In this document: positions 33,601 to 43,569 of the stretch, one piece after another
How the letters are laid out: every line of letters begins with the position of its first letter
How positions within the stretch are numbered: the first letter of the stretch is position 1
DNA from: Anaeromyxobacter sp.
Lineage (GTDB): Bacteria > Myxococcota > Myxococcia > Myxococcales > Anaeromyxobacteraceae
Direction: 5' to 3'
NCBI GenBank assembly: GCA_049840735.1
Contig: JASGJN010000026.1
Location: 288,001-352,000, forward strand
Length of the DNA stretch: 64,000 bases
Position numbers and translations under genes: made by a program
Notes under the pieces: model-generated
Databases searched by the model: none
What the model was told of the DNA's origin: nothing
Seen by the model: only the letters and a program-made list of their open reading frames with translations

Positions 33601-36357
33601 ATGCGCCGCCTCGCCCTGCTCGCCGTCACGCTCGCCCTGGCCTGCACCGGCTCGGGGAAGGGCCCACCCGACACGTCCCACCAGCCCGGGGACGAGGTGT
33701 TCGTCTCGACCGCGCCCGGCGGCGGCGTGGGGGGCGACGGCACCGTGCCGCCCGCGGCCGAGCCCGGCACCGCCGGCCCCTCAGGCCCGTCCGGCCCGTC
33801 CGGCGACGGCGCCGGCACGCGGGCGCTGGTGGAGGCCGACGTCTACGCCCGGCGCGGCGCGCTGGTCTACGTGCAGAACACCTACCGCGGGCTGCAGGTG
33901 GTGGACCTGGCCGACCCGGCCCACCCGCGCCTGCGCGGGCAGCTGCCGCTCACCGGGACGCCGGTGGGGCTGTACCTGGTGGGCGACGTGGCGCTGGTCA
34001 CCGCCTCGGACGTGCTCCGCTGGCTGCCCTCCGAAGGCGACGCGCCGGCCCAGGCCAGCTACGGCGCCCGGCTCTGGGCGGTGGACATCTCCGACCCCGA
34101 CCACCCCGCGCTCCTCTCGGAGCAGCCGGTGGCGGGCGCCATCACCGACTCGCGGCTGGTGGGGGACGCGCTCTACGTGGTGAGCCGCAACCTGCCGTAC
34201 TGGTGCCTCACGCCCATGGCCGGCGACGTGGCCGGCAGGCCCTGGCCTGCGGCCGACCAGGTCACGGTGGCCAGCTTCGACGTGTCGTCGCCGGCGGCGC
34301 CGCGGCCGGTGGATCACCTCGACTTCGCGCAGTCCGGCTGGTCGATGCACGTCCACGTCACCGCCGAGCGGATCACCGTGGCCGGGTCCGGCTGGGAGGC
34401 GGGGAACGACGCGGGCGTGACCCAGCTCACGGCAGTGGACATCTCGGACCCGGCCGGCCGGCTGGTCGAGGGCGCGCGGATCACGGTGGCGGGGCAGGTG
34501 CAGGACCGCTGGGCGCTCGACCTCGACGCGGCCACCGGCACCTTCCGCGTGGTCACCGCCGACCAGTGGTCGAGCGGCGCCCGGCTGCACGTCCTGGCCT
34601 GGGCGGCGCCGGACCAGGTGGCGCCGCTGGGCGGGCTCGACCTGGACGTGCCGGAGCGGGTCACCGCCGCGCGCTTCGACGGCGCCCGCGCCTACGTGGT
34701 GACCGCGCTGGCCATCGATCCGCTCTGGGTGGTGGACCTGGCCGACCCGGCGCAGCCGGCGCTGGCCGGGCACCTCGAGATGCCGGGGCAGCTCGACTAC
34801 CTGGTCCCGCGCGGCGACCGGCTGCTGGCGCTGGGGCACGGCGGCACCGGGGCCGGCTTCCAGCTCCACGTCTCGCTGCTGGACGTGGCCGACCCGGCCC
34901 ACCCGGCGCTGCTGGCGCGCCGCGTCCTCTCGCCGGACTGGGCCTTCGTGCCGGCCTCGCCGGACGATCTCCAGAAGGCCTTCCAGGTGCTGGACGAGCA
35001 GGGGCTGATCCTCCTGCCCTATCAAGGCTACGACCGCGAGACCTGGAGCTGGTCGGGCGGCACGCAGCTGTTCAGCTTCACGCGCGACACGCTGGTGCAG
35101 GAGGGCTTCGTGGCCCACCTGGGCGATCTCAAGCGCGCCTTCCCGACCGACGCCGCCGGCGTGCTGGGCGCCTTCTCCGACCAGGCGCTCCAGACCATCG
35201 ACGCCCGCGACCGCGCCCACCCGGTGCAGCTGGGGCAGGTCGACCTGGCGCGGCCGGTGTGGGACCTGATCGTCTCCGGCGACCGGACCCTGGAGCTCTC
35301 CGGGCTGCCGTGGTGGGGCGGCATGACCGAGCTGGCGGTGACGCCGGCGGCCAATCCGGAGGGCGCGCCCAGCTGGCGGACGCCGCTGGCGGCCTGGTGG
35401 ACGCGGCTGCTGAAGGTGGACGAGGTGGGCTGGGTGGTGGGCAGCGCGCCATACGACGGCACCGGGCAGGGCCAGACCTTCGTCCAGGCGGTGGACCTCT
35501 CCGGCGACGCGCCGCGGCTGGCCGGGCGGCTGGAGCTGGGCAGCAGCTCCGGCTACTGGTACGGCGACCCGGCGCAGGTGGGCCGGGCGCTGGTGGTGCC
35601 GGAGGTGACCTGGGACGGCGCCTCCGGCTACGACGCCACCTTCTCGGTGGTGGACCTGTCCAGCCCCGACGCGCCGGCCGTGGTCTCCGAGGTGGCGCTG
35701 CCGGTCCACGACTGGATGGGCGGGGTGACCGGGATCGGCCACACCGCCTGGTTCTGGCACTACGACTGGGCCGAGCCGTACACCACGGTGCGGTACGCGC
35801 TGGGCCGGCTGGACCTGGCCGACCCCGCGCACCCGGTGCTCCTGCCGGAGGTGAACGTTCCGGGCTGGTTCTTCTCGGCCTCCGACGACGGACAGCGGGT
35901 CTACACGCAGGAGTACGAGTGGGACGGCGCGGAGGCGCGCATCCGGCTGCACGCGCTGGAGCTGACCGACCACGGCACCGCCCGGCTGATCGGGTCGGTG
36001 GCCATCCCGGGCTGGACCACCAACGCCGTGCGCGTGGGGCAGCACGCGTACCTGACCGGCTGGCGGAGCGGCGGCGAGGCCGTGCTGTACGTGATCGACC
36101 TGGACGCGATGGCGCTGGTGGCGCAGGTGCCGATCCAGGCCAGCTGGATGTGGGCGATCGGCTCTGGCGGCGGGAAGCTCTTCCTGGCCACCGGGTGGCC
36201 GGCGCCCTCGGTGCTGGTGGTGGGGATCGACGACCCCGCGCACCCGGTGGTGGAGCAGACGGTGCCCACCAGCGGCTACCAGTACCGCGTCGAGGTCGGC
36301 GCCGGAGCCGCGTACCTGCCGGCGGGCGCCTACGGCGTGCTGCGGATCCCGCTCTGA
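33601..36357 (+). CDS. Beta-propeller domain lipoprotein
   Basis: LALAC lipobox; VEADV, AARFDG..AYVVT..IDPLWVVDL.DP..P, LEMPG; repeated DLADPAHP. Confidence 0.85.
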   Translation: MRRLALLAVTLALACTGSGKGPPDTSHQPGDEVFVSTAPGGGVGGDGTVPPAAEPGTAGPSGPSGPSGDGAGTRALVEADVYARRGALVYVQNTYRGLQVVDLADPAHPRLRGQLPLTGTPVGLYLVGDVALVTASDVLRWLPSEGDAPAQASYGARLWAVDISDPDHPALLSEQPVAGAITDSRLVGDALYVVSRNLPYWCLTPMAGDVAGRPWPAADQVTVASFDVSSPAAPRPVDHLDFAQSGWSMHVHVTAERITVAGSGWEAGNDAGVTQLTAVDISDPAGRLVEGARITVAGQVQDRWALDLDAATGTFRVVTADQWSSGARLHVLAWAAPDQVAPLGGLDLDVPERVTAARFDGARAYVVTALAIDPLWVVDLADPAQPALAGHLEMPGQLDYLVPRGDRLLALGHGGTGAGFQLHVSLLDVADPAHPALLARRVLSPDWAFVPASPDDLQKAFQVLDEQGLILLPYQGYDRETWSWSGGTQLFSFTRDTLVQEGFVAHLGDLKRAFPTDAAGVLGAFSDQALQTIDARDRAHPVQLGQVDLARPVWDLIVSGDRTLELSGLPWWGGMTELAVTPAANPEGAPSWRTPLAAWWTRLLKVDEVGWVVGSAPYDGTGQGQTFVQAVDLSGDAPRLAGRLELGSSSGYWYGDPAQVGRALVVPEVTWDGASGYDATFSVVDLSSPDAPAVVSEVALPVHDWMGGVTGIGHTAWFWHYDWAEPYTTVRYALGRLDLADPAHPVLLPEVNVPGWFFSASDDGQRVYTQEYEWDGAEARIRLHALELTDHGTARLIGSVAIPGWTTNAVRVGQHAYLTGWRSGGEAVLYVIDLDAMALVAQVPIQASWMWAIGSGGGKLFLATGWPAPSVLVVGIDDPAHPVVEQTVPTSGYQYRVEVGAGAAYLPAGAYGVLRIPL

Positions 36358-36483
36358 GCGGGTGGCGGGGCCCGCCGCTCGCCGCCCGTCGGAGGGCGAG
36401 CGGCCCCGTGGTTGCGGCGGCGTGTCCGTGACCCTGCGCCGCCTGGCCGCGGGGGACATCCCTGACCGCCCCGCGGCCTGGGC

Positions 36484-38487
36484 GTGTCCCGCACCCAGCG
36501 TCTCGCGCGGTCGCGCGCCGACGTGCTAGAGCCGGAGGGTTCGCCCAAGGCAGCGGAGGGGACCCTGCTCATCCCGGTTGGACTCGACGAGGCCCGGCTC
36601 TCGCGCCTGCCCTGGGCGTCGATCGTCATCCTGGCGCTGAACGTGCTGGTGCTGGCGTGGCAGGGGCTGGCCTCCAACGACCGCGCGCTGGAGGCGAGCG
36701 CGCGCGCGCTGGTGGAGTACTGGTCCGAGCACCCGCAGCTGGAGACGCCGGCCTCGCTGCAGGGCACCCCCTACGACCGCGAGTGGATGCTGTGGGCGAC
36801 GGACACCTCGCCGGACGAGGTGGGCAGCAGCGCGGGCGATCCGGCCGAGCTGGAGGCGCTGGGCGAGGAGCTGGCGGCGGCGCGGGCGCGGGATCCCGAG
36901 GTGGCGTACGGCCTGGTGCCGGCGCGCGGGCTCTCGCAGCCGGGCTGGTTCACCGCCATGTTCCTGCACGGCGACCTCTTCCACCTGCTCGGGAACATGC
37001 TGATCTTCTGCCTGGTGGTGGGGCCGTTCCTGGAGGACGCCTGGGGCCTGGCCTTCTTCCTGGGCCTGTACCTCTGCGGCGGCCTGGCGGCCGGGGCGGC
37101 GCAGGTGGCGCAGGACGCGTCCTCGACCGTCCCCATCATCGGCGCGTCCGGGGCCATCTCCGCCTGCCTGGGGGCGTTCGCGCTGCGCTTCGCGCACCGC
37201 AAGGTGAGGATCTTCTACTGGTTCTGGTGGTTCATCCGCGGGACCTTCTTCATGCCGGCGTGGCTCTTCGCCTTCTTCGGCTTCACCATGGACCTGCTCA
37301 ACCTCCAGCTGAGCCGCGGCGGCTCGGGCGGCGGCGTCGCCTACGCCGCGCACGTGGGCGGGTTCCTGGCCGGGCTGGCGGTGGCGATGGTGGTGCGCGC
37401 CACGGGGCTCGACGCGAAGCTGGGGCGCGAGGGGGTCGGCAAGTGGGGGGCCAGCTTCGCCGCCTCGCGGGCGCAGGACGCGCTGGCGAGCGGCGACCTG
37501 TTCGCGGCGCGGCAGCGGCTGGAGGCGGCGGTGGACGCCAAGCCGCGCGACCTCGACGCGCTGCTGGAGCTGGCGCGGCTGGAGGCGAAGCGGTTCGACC
37601 GCGCGCGCGCCACCGAGCTGGTGGAGCGGGCGCTGGGGATGCAGCTCACGGCCGGGGATCGCGCCGGGGCCAAGGCGCTGCTGCTGGAGCTGGGCGGCTG
37701 GATCCAGCCCGAGCTGCTGCGCCCGGCCACCGCCTTCCGCGCGGCCGAGCTGGTCGCGGCGGAGGACCCTGGGCTGGCCGACCAGCTCGACGACGCCGCG
37801 GCCGCGGGCGGCGGCGCGGTGGGCGCCAAGGCGCTGGCGCGGATGCTGCGGCGCGCGCGGGCTGGCGCGCCGGAGCGCGCGCGGGCGCTGGCCGAGCGGC
37901 TGGTGGGGTTCCCGGGCGCGCCGCCCGAGCTGGTGGAGCAGGCGCGGGCGCTGCTCTCGCAGCTGGCGCCGCCGCCGCCGGAGGACCGCGCCATCTCGCT
38001 GGAGCTGGAGCTGCCGGCTGCGCCGCCGCCTCCGCCAGCGGCCGGAGCGCTGGGCCAGGGCCCGGTGCAGGTGCTGCACTGCCGGATCACCGGGCTGCTG
38101 CCGCAGGGGCTGGCGGTGGTGGACGGGACCGGGAGGGCCGGGGTGGTGGCGCTGGGGCGGGTGGCGGCGGTGGCCGCCGGGCTGGTGGAGGCCGCGCCCA
38201 CGCCGGCGGCGGCGTCCGCGCCCAGGCTGCTGCTGGACCTGCTGCTGGTGCCGGCGGAGGGGCACCCCGCCCGCACCGTGCTGCGCGTGCCCGCCCACGG
38301 GCTGGGCCTGCAGGCGCTCTACCCCGGGCTGGCGCCCGCCGACGCCTGGGCCCGGCTGGTGGAGGCGCTGGTGGCGGGCGGGGCCAGGCCGGTCCCGTCG
38401 CACGCCGCGGTGGCTGGCCGGCCCTTCGGACGCCACGCCGACGCGAGCGCCTTCGAGGCGGCAGCCTGGGGCCGCCCGCTGGCCTGA
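36484..38487 (+). CDS. Rhomboid intramembrane serine protease with helical C-terminal extension (start uncertain)
   Basis: MFLHGD..HLLGNM, IGASGAI, AYAAHVGGF. Confidence 0.9.
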   Translation: MSRTQRLARSRADVLEPEGSPKAAEGTLLIPVGLDEARLSRLPWASIVILALNVLVLAWQGLASNDRALEASARALVEYWSEHPQLETPASLQGTPYDREWMLWATDTSPDEVGSSAGDPAELEALGEELAAARARDPEVAYGLVPARGLSQPGWFTAMFLHGDLFHLLGNMLIFCLVVGPFLEDAWGLAFFLGLYLCGGLAAGAAQVAQDASSTVPIIGASGAISACLGAFALRFAHRKVRIFYWFWWFIRGTFFMPAWLFAFFGFTMDLLNLQLSRGGSGGGVAYAAHVGGFLAGLAVAMVVRATGLDAKLGREGVGKWGASFAASRAQDALASGDLFAARQRLEAAVDAKPRDLDALLELARLEAKRFDRARATELVERALGMQLTAGDRAGAKALLLELGGWIQPELLRPATAFRAAELVAAEDPGLADQLDDAAAAGGGAVGAKALARMLRRARAGAPERARALAERLVGFPGAPPELVEQARALLSQLAPPPPEDRAISLELELPAAPPPPPAAGALGQGPVQVLHCRITGLLPQGLAVVDGTGRAGVVALGRVAAVAAGLVEAAPTPAAASAPRLLLDLLLVPAEGHPARTVLRVPAHGLGLQALYPGLAPADAWARLVEALVAGGARPVPSHAAVAGRPFGRHADASAFEAAAWGRPLA

Positions 38488-38518
38488 GCCGAGCCAGACC
38501 GAGGGGTCCGCCGCGCGG
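38488..38518 (+). repeat. 31-bp repeat, inverted partner at 40620-40650; partial copies at 39504-39517 and 39714-39733
   Basis: GCCGAGCCAGACCGAGGGGTCCGCCGCGCGG is 29/31 identical to the reverse complement of 40620-40650. Confidence 0.85.
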
Positions 38519-38581
38519 ACCCCGGTACGCGCCGCGGACCCTCGCCGGCGGGCAGATGTCCCGCTGGCGTGAGCTTCGCGC

Positions 38582-38596
38582 TGGCACGCGGGCTGC
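38582..38596 (+). promoter_or_regulatory. Sigma54-type -24/-12 promoter
   Basis: TGGCACGCGGGCTGC; predicted +1 near 38608, GTG at 38610. Confidence 0.6.
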
Positions 38597-38609
38597 GATG
38601 CCGGCCGGC

Positions 38610-39503
38610 GTGACCGCTCCTCGACGCATCGTGCCTGGCGCCTCGTATCTCGCCTCCCGTCGCTGCTCGCAGCGGGAGTTCCTCCTCAAGCCGTCCAAGC
38701 TGACGAACCTCGTCATCCGGTTCGTCCTCGCCGTGGCGGCGGCCCGCTACGGCATCCTCATCCACGCGGTCTGCGTGATGAGCAACCACCTGCACCTGGT
38801 CCTCACCGACCCCCTCGGCAACCTGCCCGAGTTCAGCCACCTCTTCTTCGGCGTCGTCGCCAAGGCGCTCAACGCGCTCCACGGCCGCTGGGAGAACTTC
38901 TGGGCGCCGGACAGCTACAGCGCCGTCGAGCTCGTCTCACCGGACGACATCGTCGAGAAGACCGCCTACACGCTCGCGAACCCGGCGGCAGCCGACCTGG
39001 TCGAGCACGGCCGCCAGTGGCCGGGCGTCTGGACCGCCCCGCAGGACATCGGCGGGCCTGCGCAAGCGGTGAAGCGCCCCGGCCACTACTTCGTCGAGGA
39101 GGGCGCCATGCCGAAGCGCGCGGAGCTGGTGTTCACGGTGCCGAAGGGGTTCGCGTCCGCAGAGGAGTTCCGGGCGCGTGTCACGGCCCGCGTGAAGGAG
39201 CTCGAGCAGGCCGCGGCCGAGAAGCGCGAGCAGGCCGGCAAGCGCGTGCTGGGCGCCCAGCGCGTGATGAAGCAGAAGCCCACCGACCGGCCCACCACCG
39301 GCGAGCCGCGGCGTCGCCTCAACCCCCGCGTCGCCGCAATGGACAAGTGGAAGCGGATCGAGGCGCTGCAGCGGCTGAAGTCATTCCTCGAGGCCCACCG
39401 CGAGGCGCTGCTGCGGTTCTGCGGCGGCGACCGCGCCGCGGTCTTCCCGCGCGGCACCTACCTGATGCGCGTGCGGTTCGGGGCCTGCTGCGCCTCAGGC
39501 TGA
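38610..39503 (+). CDS. HUH/Y1 transposase, RAYT-like
   Basis: PRRIVPG..Y..SRRC, CVMSNHLHLV (HUH), FW..SY, AYTLANP (catalytic Tyr), QWPG. Confidence 0.88.
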   Translation: MTAPRRIVPGASYLASRRCSQREFLLKPSKLTNLVIRFVLAVAAARYGILIHAVCVMSNHLHLVLTDPLGNLPEFSHLFFGVVAKALNALHGRWENFWAPDSYSAVELVSPDDIVEKTAYTLANPAAADLVEHGRQWPGVWTAPQDIGGPAQAVKRPGHYFVEEGAMPKRAELVFTVPKGFASAEEFRARVTARVKELEQAAAEKREQAGKRVLGAQRVMKQKPTDRPTTGEPRRRLNPRVAAMDKWKRIEALQRLKSFLEAHREALLRFCGGDRAAVFPRGTYLMRVRFGACCASG

Positions 39504-39744
39504 GGTCCGCCGCGCGGTGGTTCCAACCTGGAGCCAGGGCGACCCGCGCAGCGGAGGCCGGGGTGCGTTCTTCGCTCGCGACGTTGCGCCCGCCGAGCGC
39601 GCCCGGGTGCGTCGAGGAAGCCGCGCGCTGCCCTCGGGCCAGGCCTGGGTCGCCGCCTCGCTTGTTGACGGGGCGGCGACTCCCCTTGCGGGCCCGCCGG
39701 TGCTCCGGTCGCCCGGCGGACCCCTCGGTCCGGTCAGGCCCGGG

Positions 39745-40476
39745 TCAGGCCGCCAGCTGGGACTTCCCCTCCGCCTCCTTGCCGCTCTCGCCGGCCACCG
39801 CCGGGTAGACGAGCCCCGCCGCTACCGCGCCCACCAGCGGCGCGACCCAGAACGCCCACAGCTGCGCCAGCGCCCAGCCGCCCACGAAGAGCGCCGGGCC
39901 GGTGGAGCGGGCCGGGTTCACCGAGGTGTTCGTGACCGGGATGCTGATGAGGTGGATGAGCGTGAGGCACAGGCCGATGGCCACCGGCGCCAGCGCGGCC
40001 GGCGCCCGCCGGTCGGTGGCGCCCAGGATCACGAACAGGAAGCCGAAGGTCAGGACCGCCTCGCAGATCAGGCCGGCCCCGAGCGCGTAGCCGCCCGGGG
40101 AGTGCTCGCCGTAGCCGTTGGAGGCGAACCCGGCCGCGAGGTCGAAGCCTGGGCGGCCGGACGCCACCAGGTAGAGCGCCGCGGCCCCGACGATCGCGCC
40201 GGCCACCTGGGCGACGACGTAGGGCAGCACCTCCTTGCCCGGGAAGCGCTTGGCCACCGCCAGGCCGACGGTGACCGCGGGGTTCAGGTGGCAGCCGGAG
40301 ATGTGGCCGATGGCGTAGGCCATGGTCAGCACCGTCAGGCCAAAGGCGAACGAGACGCCCAGCAGGCCGATTCCCACCTCCGGGAAGGCAGCCGACAGCA
40401 CCGCGCTCCCGCAGCCGCCGATGACCAGCCAGGCCGTTCCGATGAGCTCCGCCACGACACGCTTTCCGATCGGCAT
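39745..40476 (-). CDS. aqpZ: Aquaporin Z
   Basis: [40 protein letters not shown]. Confidence 0.97.
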   Translation of the reverse strand: MPIGKRVVAELIGTAWLVIGGCGSAVLSAAFPEVGIGLLGVSFAFGLTVLTMAYAIGHISGCHLNPAVTVGLAVAKRFPGKEVLPYVVAQVAGAIVGAAALYLVASGRPGFDLAAGFASNGYGEHSPGGYALGAGLICEAVLTFGFLFVILGATDRRAPAALAPVAIGLCLTLIHLISIPVTNTSVNPARSTGPALFVGGWALAQLWAFWVAPLVGAVAAGLVYPAVAGESGKEAEGKSQLAA

Positions 40477-40619
40477 GGATTCCTCCATCAGGTGTGCGCG
40501 CGAGCCTACCCGCCCCGCGGCTCGCCGGAGATGGCCACTCAGGTCAGGGGCGGGTTCGCCCCCGCCGGTAGCGCCCCTGGCGGACGCGTCCAAAGGAGGG
40601 GCCCGTGCAGACCCACCGG

Positions 40620-40650
40620 CCGCGCGGCGGACCCCTCGGTCCGGCTCAGC
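40620..40650 (-). repeat. Inverted partner of the 38488 repeat
   Basis: CCGCGCGGCGGACCCCTCGGTCCGGCTCAGC. Confidence 0.85.
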
Positions 40651-41170
40651 GGCGCTTGCCGGACGGCTTGCGCGCGCTGACCCGCGCCCGCGCCGTCACT
40701 GCGGCCTTCCCCTTGGCAGCCGGCTTGCGCGCCTTGCCGAAGACCGGCCGTGGGCGGACGCTCAGGACCTTGTCCTCGGCCAGGAAGCTCACGCCGTCGA
40801 AGTACCAGGCGTAGTCCGGGCAGGGGCTCTCCTCCCGCAGCTGTACCTCGCCGTTGGCGCGGATCACCAGCATGGCGGGCGTGCTGTTGAGCTGGCCGCC
40901 GGGCAGCACCGCGCGTTGATACGTGACGAACCGGTCGGTGGCTGGGCGCATGCCGGCGGGCAAGGTGAAGATGGCGTAGGGGCCGTTGGTGGGGTGGGGC
41001 GGGGGCTGGAAGAGCGGCGAGATCCCCACCGCGCCGCGCAGGTGGACGACGCCGGTGCCGCCCACGCCGCCCGTGTCGACGACCTGGAGCGGCTCCTTCC
41101 AGGCGCCGAAGTTGCTGAACGCGAACAGGTTCGGGATGAGCGTCGGGACGACGATGCTGACGGTGGCCAT
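40646..41170 (-). CDS. Hypothetical protein, phage-tail-like beta domain plus basic tail
   Basis: VHLRG...[10 protein letters not shown]...IRANGEV...FDGVSF; SD GGAGG. Confidence 0.7.
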   Translation of the reverse strand: MATVSIVVPTLIPNLFAFSNFGAWKEPLQVVDTGGVGGTGVVHLRGAVGISPLFQPPPHPTNGPYAIFTLPAGMRPATDRFVTYQRAVLPGGQLNSTPAMLVIRANGEVQLREESPCPDYAWYFDGVSFLAEDKVLSVRPRPVFGKARKPAAKGKAAVTARARVSARKPSGKRR

Positions 41171-41397
41171 GGGCTCCCCTCCGGGCGGCCGGATCGACCG
41201 CGGGTGAAGCGCGCACGCTAGCCCAGCGCGGGGGGCGGCGGGATCCTCCCAGGTGGGACGTACCGCCGGTGCGGACTGCGCAGCGCGCCGCGCCGTCCGG
41301 ACGAGCCGCCCCGGGCAGGAATGTGACAGCAGGTGAACGCGCCGGGGCCGCGACGGCTTTGCTTCCGGCCGCCCCCGCCCTTTGTTAAGGGTCAGGG

Positions 41398-43569
41398 ATG
41401 CTCCTCGCGCCCCTGCTGGCCGCGGCCCTCTCCGCCACCCCCGCCCCGGCCGCCCCGCCCCGCCCGCAGCCGCAGCTGACCCCCGACCCGGGCGTCGAGC
41501 TGGCCGGGCCCGAGCTGGGCGCGGTGCGCGAGCCGTCGGCTCCCGGCGCCTGGGGCGGACCGCGCACCGGGCGCGAGCCGACGCTCTCGGACCGGGTGGC
41601 CAGCTACGTCCTCCGCGCGGAGCTCGATCCGGTGAAGCACACCATCGAGGGGACCGAGCGGCTCACCTGGCGCAACCGCAGCGCGCTGCCCATCCGCAGC
41701 CTCTACCTGCACCTCTACCTGAACGCGTTCGAGTCGGAGGGCTCCCTCGCCAGCCTCGACCGGCGCCGCTTCGGCGACTTCCGCTACGGCCTGGAGACCG
41801 AGGACGGCGAGTGGGGCTCGATCACCCTGCGCTCCGTCCGGCAGGGCGGGCGCGACGCGCGCTGGGCCTTCGTCCACCCCGACGGCGGGCCGGACACCGA
41901 TCACACGGTAATCCAGGTGGAGCTGCCCGAGGCCGTGCCGCCGGGGGGCACCGCGGTGGTGGACCTCGCGTTCCACGATCGGCTGCCGCGCGTGGTGGCC
42001 CGCAGCGGCTGGTTCGACACCTTCCACATGGTGGGCCAGTGGTACCCGAAGGTCGGCGTGCTCGAGCTCCCGGGCGAGCGCGGCGCCACCCGGCCGCGCT
42101 GGAACTGCCACGCGTTCCACATGCTCAGCGAGTTCTACGCCGACTTCGGCAGCTACGACCTGGAGGTGGTGGTGCCGGAGGGCTACGTGGTCGGCGCCGT
42201 GGGCGCGCTCGCGGGCGCGCCGGCCCGCGCCGGCGGCCGGGTGACGTACCGCTTCCGCGCCGACGACGTGCACGACGTGGCCTTCGTCGCCTGGAACGGC
42301 TTCGCGCCGCCGCTGGAAGCCACCTGGACCGGGCCGGGCAGCCCGCCGGTGAAGGTGACGGTGCTCCACCCGCCCGAGTTCGAGCGCTCGGCGCGCGAGA
42401 CGCTGCAGGCCAACCTCGACGCGCTGACCTGGTTCTCGAAGGCGCTCGGGCCCTACCCGTACCCCACCAGCACCGTGGTCATCCCGCCCTACAACGCCGA
42501 GGAGGCCGGCGGGATGGAGTACGAGACCTTCTACACCAGCGTCGGCGCCAACGAGGGCTACACCGCCTCGCCCGGCATGGCCCGCTACGTGGCGGTCCAC
42601 GAGTTCGGCCACGGCTACTTCATGGGCATCCTGGCCTCCAACGAGTTCGAGGAGCCGCTGCTGGACGAGGGGGTCAACGAGTGGCTCGACGTCCGCATGA
42701 TCGGCGACGACGCGCCGGCGCTGGACGTGATCCCGGCGCCGCTGCGCTGGCTGGGCGTGGAGCGCCCGCGCGTGCGCCACTGGGACGTGGAGCGGGCCGC
42801 CGGCCGGCCCGACGAGATCAAGGACCCCATCTCCGGCAACGCCTGGCACCGCTGGTCCGCCGGGAGCTACTTCCTCATCTACCCGCGCTCGGTGCTGGTG
42901 TTCGAGGACCTGGCCGCGCAGCTGGGCCAGGAGACCGCCGACCGCGCCATGAGGCGCTACTACGAGCAGTGGCGGTTCCGGCACCCCAGCACCGCCGACC
43001 TGCGCCAGGCCTGGCTCGACGTCGCGCCGGACGCGGCGGCCCGCGCCACTGTGGACCGCTGGTTCGAGGAGCAGGTCTACCGCGGCACGCCGCTCGACGA
43101 CCGGGTGGTGGCCCTGGAGAGCCGCGAGCTGCTGCCCGAGCTGGGGCTGGGGGCGGACGGCGCCGAGCTGACCGCGGCGGCCCGCGACGCGCGCGTGGAG
43201 CAGGCGCGCGAGGCCTGGCGCAAGGCGCACGGTCCGCCCGATCCGAAGCAGCCCGGCCCGTTCCCGTTCCGCACCACGGTGAGCGCGCGCCGCAAGGGAG
43301 CCCACGTGCCCCGCGCCCTCGAGGTCACCTTCGAGGATGGCACCACGGAGCGGCTGGCCTGGCCCGCCGGCGAGGCCTGGGGGCGGTGGGAGCTGGACCG
43401 GCCGGTCCGCGCCAGCGAGGCGAGGCTGGCCCCGCCCGCGCTGCTCATCGACGCCAACCGCCTGGACGACGGCCGCACCCGCGAGGCGCACCCCGGGACC
43501 TCCGCCGGCCTGGCCCTCGCGGCCGAGGGCTGGCTCCGCTACCTCTACGCGCTCGTGGGTGCCCTGTGA
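41398..43569 (+). CDS. Secreted M1-family metalloaminopeptidase
   Basis: GGMEY, HEFGH-x18-E, QWYPK, WRFRHP. Confidence 0.93.
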   Translation: MLLAPLLAAALSATPAPAAPPRPQPQLTPDPGVELAGPELGAVREPSAPGAWGGPRTGREPTLSDRVASYVLRAELDPVKHTIEGTERLTWRNRSALPIRSLYLHLYLNAFESEGSLASLDRRRFGDFRYGLETEDGEWGSITLRSVRQGGRDARWAFVHPDGGPDTDHTVIQVELPEAVPPGGTAVVDLAFHDRLPRVVARSGWFDTFHMVGQWYPKVGVLELPGERGATRPRWNCHAFHMLSEFYADFGSYDLEVVVPEGYVVGAVGALAGAPARAGGRVTYRFRADDVHDVAFVAWNGFAPPLEATWTGPGSPPVKVTVLHPPEFERSARETLQANLDALTWFSKALGPYPYPTSTVVIPPYNAEEAGGMEYETFYTSVGANEGYTASPGMARYVAVHEFGHGYFMGILASNEFEEPLLDEGVNEWLDVRMIGDDAPALDVIPAPLRWLGVERPRVRHWDVERAAGRPDEIKDPISGNAWHRWSAGSYFLIYPRSVLVFEDLAAQLGQETADRAMRRYYEQWRFRHPSTADLRQAWLDVAPDAAARATVDRWFEEQVYRGTPLDDRVVALESRELLPELGLGADGAELTAAARDARVEQAREAWRKAHGPPDPKQPGPFPFRTTVSARRKGAHVPRALEVTFEDGTTERLAWPAGEAWGRWELDRPVRASEARLAPPALLIDANRLDDGRTREAHPGTSAGLALAAEGWLRYLYALVGAL

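Noticed and set aside
36657..39503. 948-aa transposase fusion
   Set aside because: N-terminal part is an off-frame reading of the rhomboid gene; transposase-like sequence begins near 38610
38610..39503. HUH transposase as TnpA partner of the TnpB-like gene
   Set aside because: About 19 kb away, RAYT-sized rather than IS200 TnpA-sized, and each has its own distinct ends
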